DNA of 64,000 nt from Balanoglossus misakiensis (Eukaryota > Animalia > Hemichordata): NCBI GenBank assembly GCA_040954595.2, contig CM082592.2, positions 2,408,438-2,472,437 on the forward strand, given 5' to 3'. The position numbers and the translations under genes were made by a program. The notes below the pieces were generated by a model. That model saw nothing but the letters and a program-made list of their open reading frames with translations. It was not told the origin of the DNA and did not search any database. Positions 63,962 to 64,000 of this stretch are shown here, in pieces (position 1 is the first letter of the stretch; the number at the start of each line of letters is the position of its first letter).

Positions 63962-64000
63962 GTCTCTATCCCTCTCTCCCTGTCTATCCCTCTTTCATAT
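60770..64000 (+). repeat. 220-285-bp satellite with embedded (CT)n tract and a 3-unit (~755 bp) higher-order repeat; candidate micro-exon array
   Basis: AAGGAATTTAAAAAATAAATGT recurs 13 times. Unit types cycle X-Y-Z with two hybrid units. Each unit ends its pyrimidine tract with CAG-NNN-GTRWGT. Continues past the window end. Confidence 0.95.

Overview
AT-rich, intron- and transposon-rich animal genomic DNA. An invertebrate, probably deuterostome, origin is my inference. Most ORFs in the supplied track are spurious, so genes were rebuilt by hand from GT-AG exons. The window holds: (1) a p40phox/NCF4-like gene (PX-SH3-start of PB1) on the minus strand at 75-7097, running off the left edge; (2) a complete 6-exon TMEM220 (29134-31878); (3) a lone SLC16-like first coding exon (33692-33935) followed by an orphan copy of the last three INTS1 exons carrying a 4-nt frameshift (36185-37408); (4) two tandem paralogues of an unrecognised secreted Cys-rich ~200-aa protein, each with one disabling lesion (38437-43157); (5) the 3' part of a TPR-repeat gene (45890-47635); (6) the 3' exons of an SLC22-like transporter (50777-52739). 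Between them lie many non-autonomous DNA transposons (TTAA/Kolobok-like, Harbinger-like, Tc1/mariner-like, Mutator-like, Merlin-like), LINE relics, and a nested pair of foldback-type elements (10804-19528 containing 12261-16262). The most striking signal is the satellite at 60770-64000. Every unit carries a pyrimidine tract, CAG, exactly 3 nt (GAG/CTG/CGT) and a canonical donor (GTATGT/GTGAGT/GTAAGT), making it a candidate tandem array of 3-nt micro-exons. A second array of 156-bp exon+intron units lies at 24300-26525.
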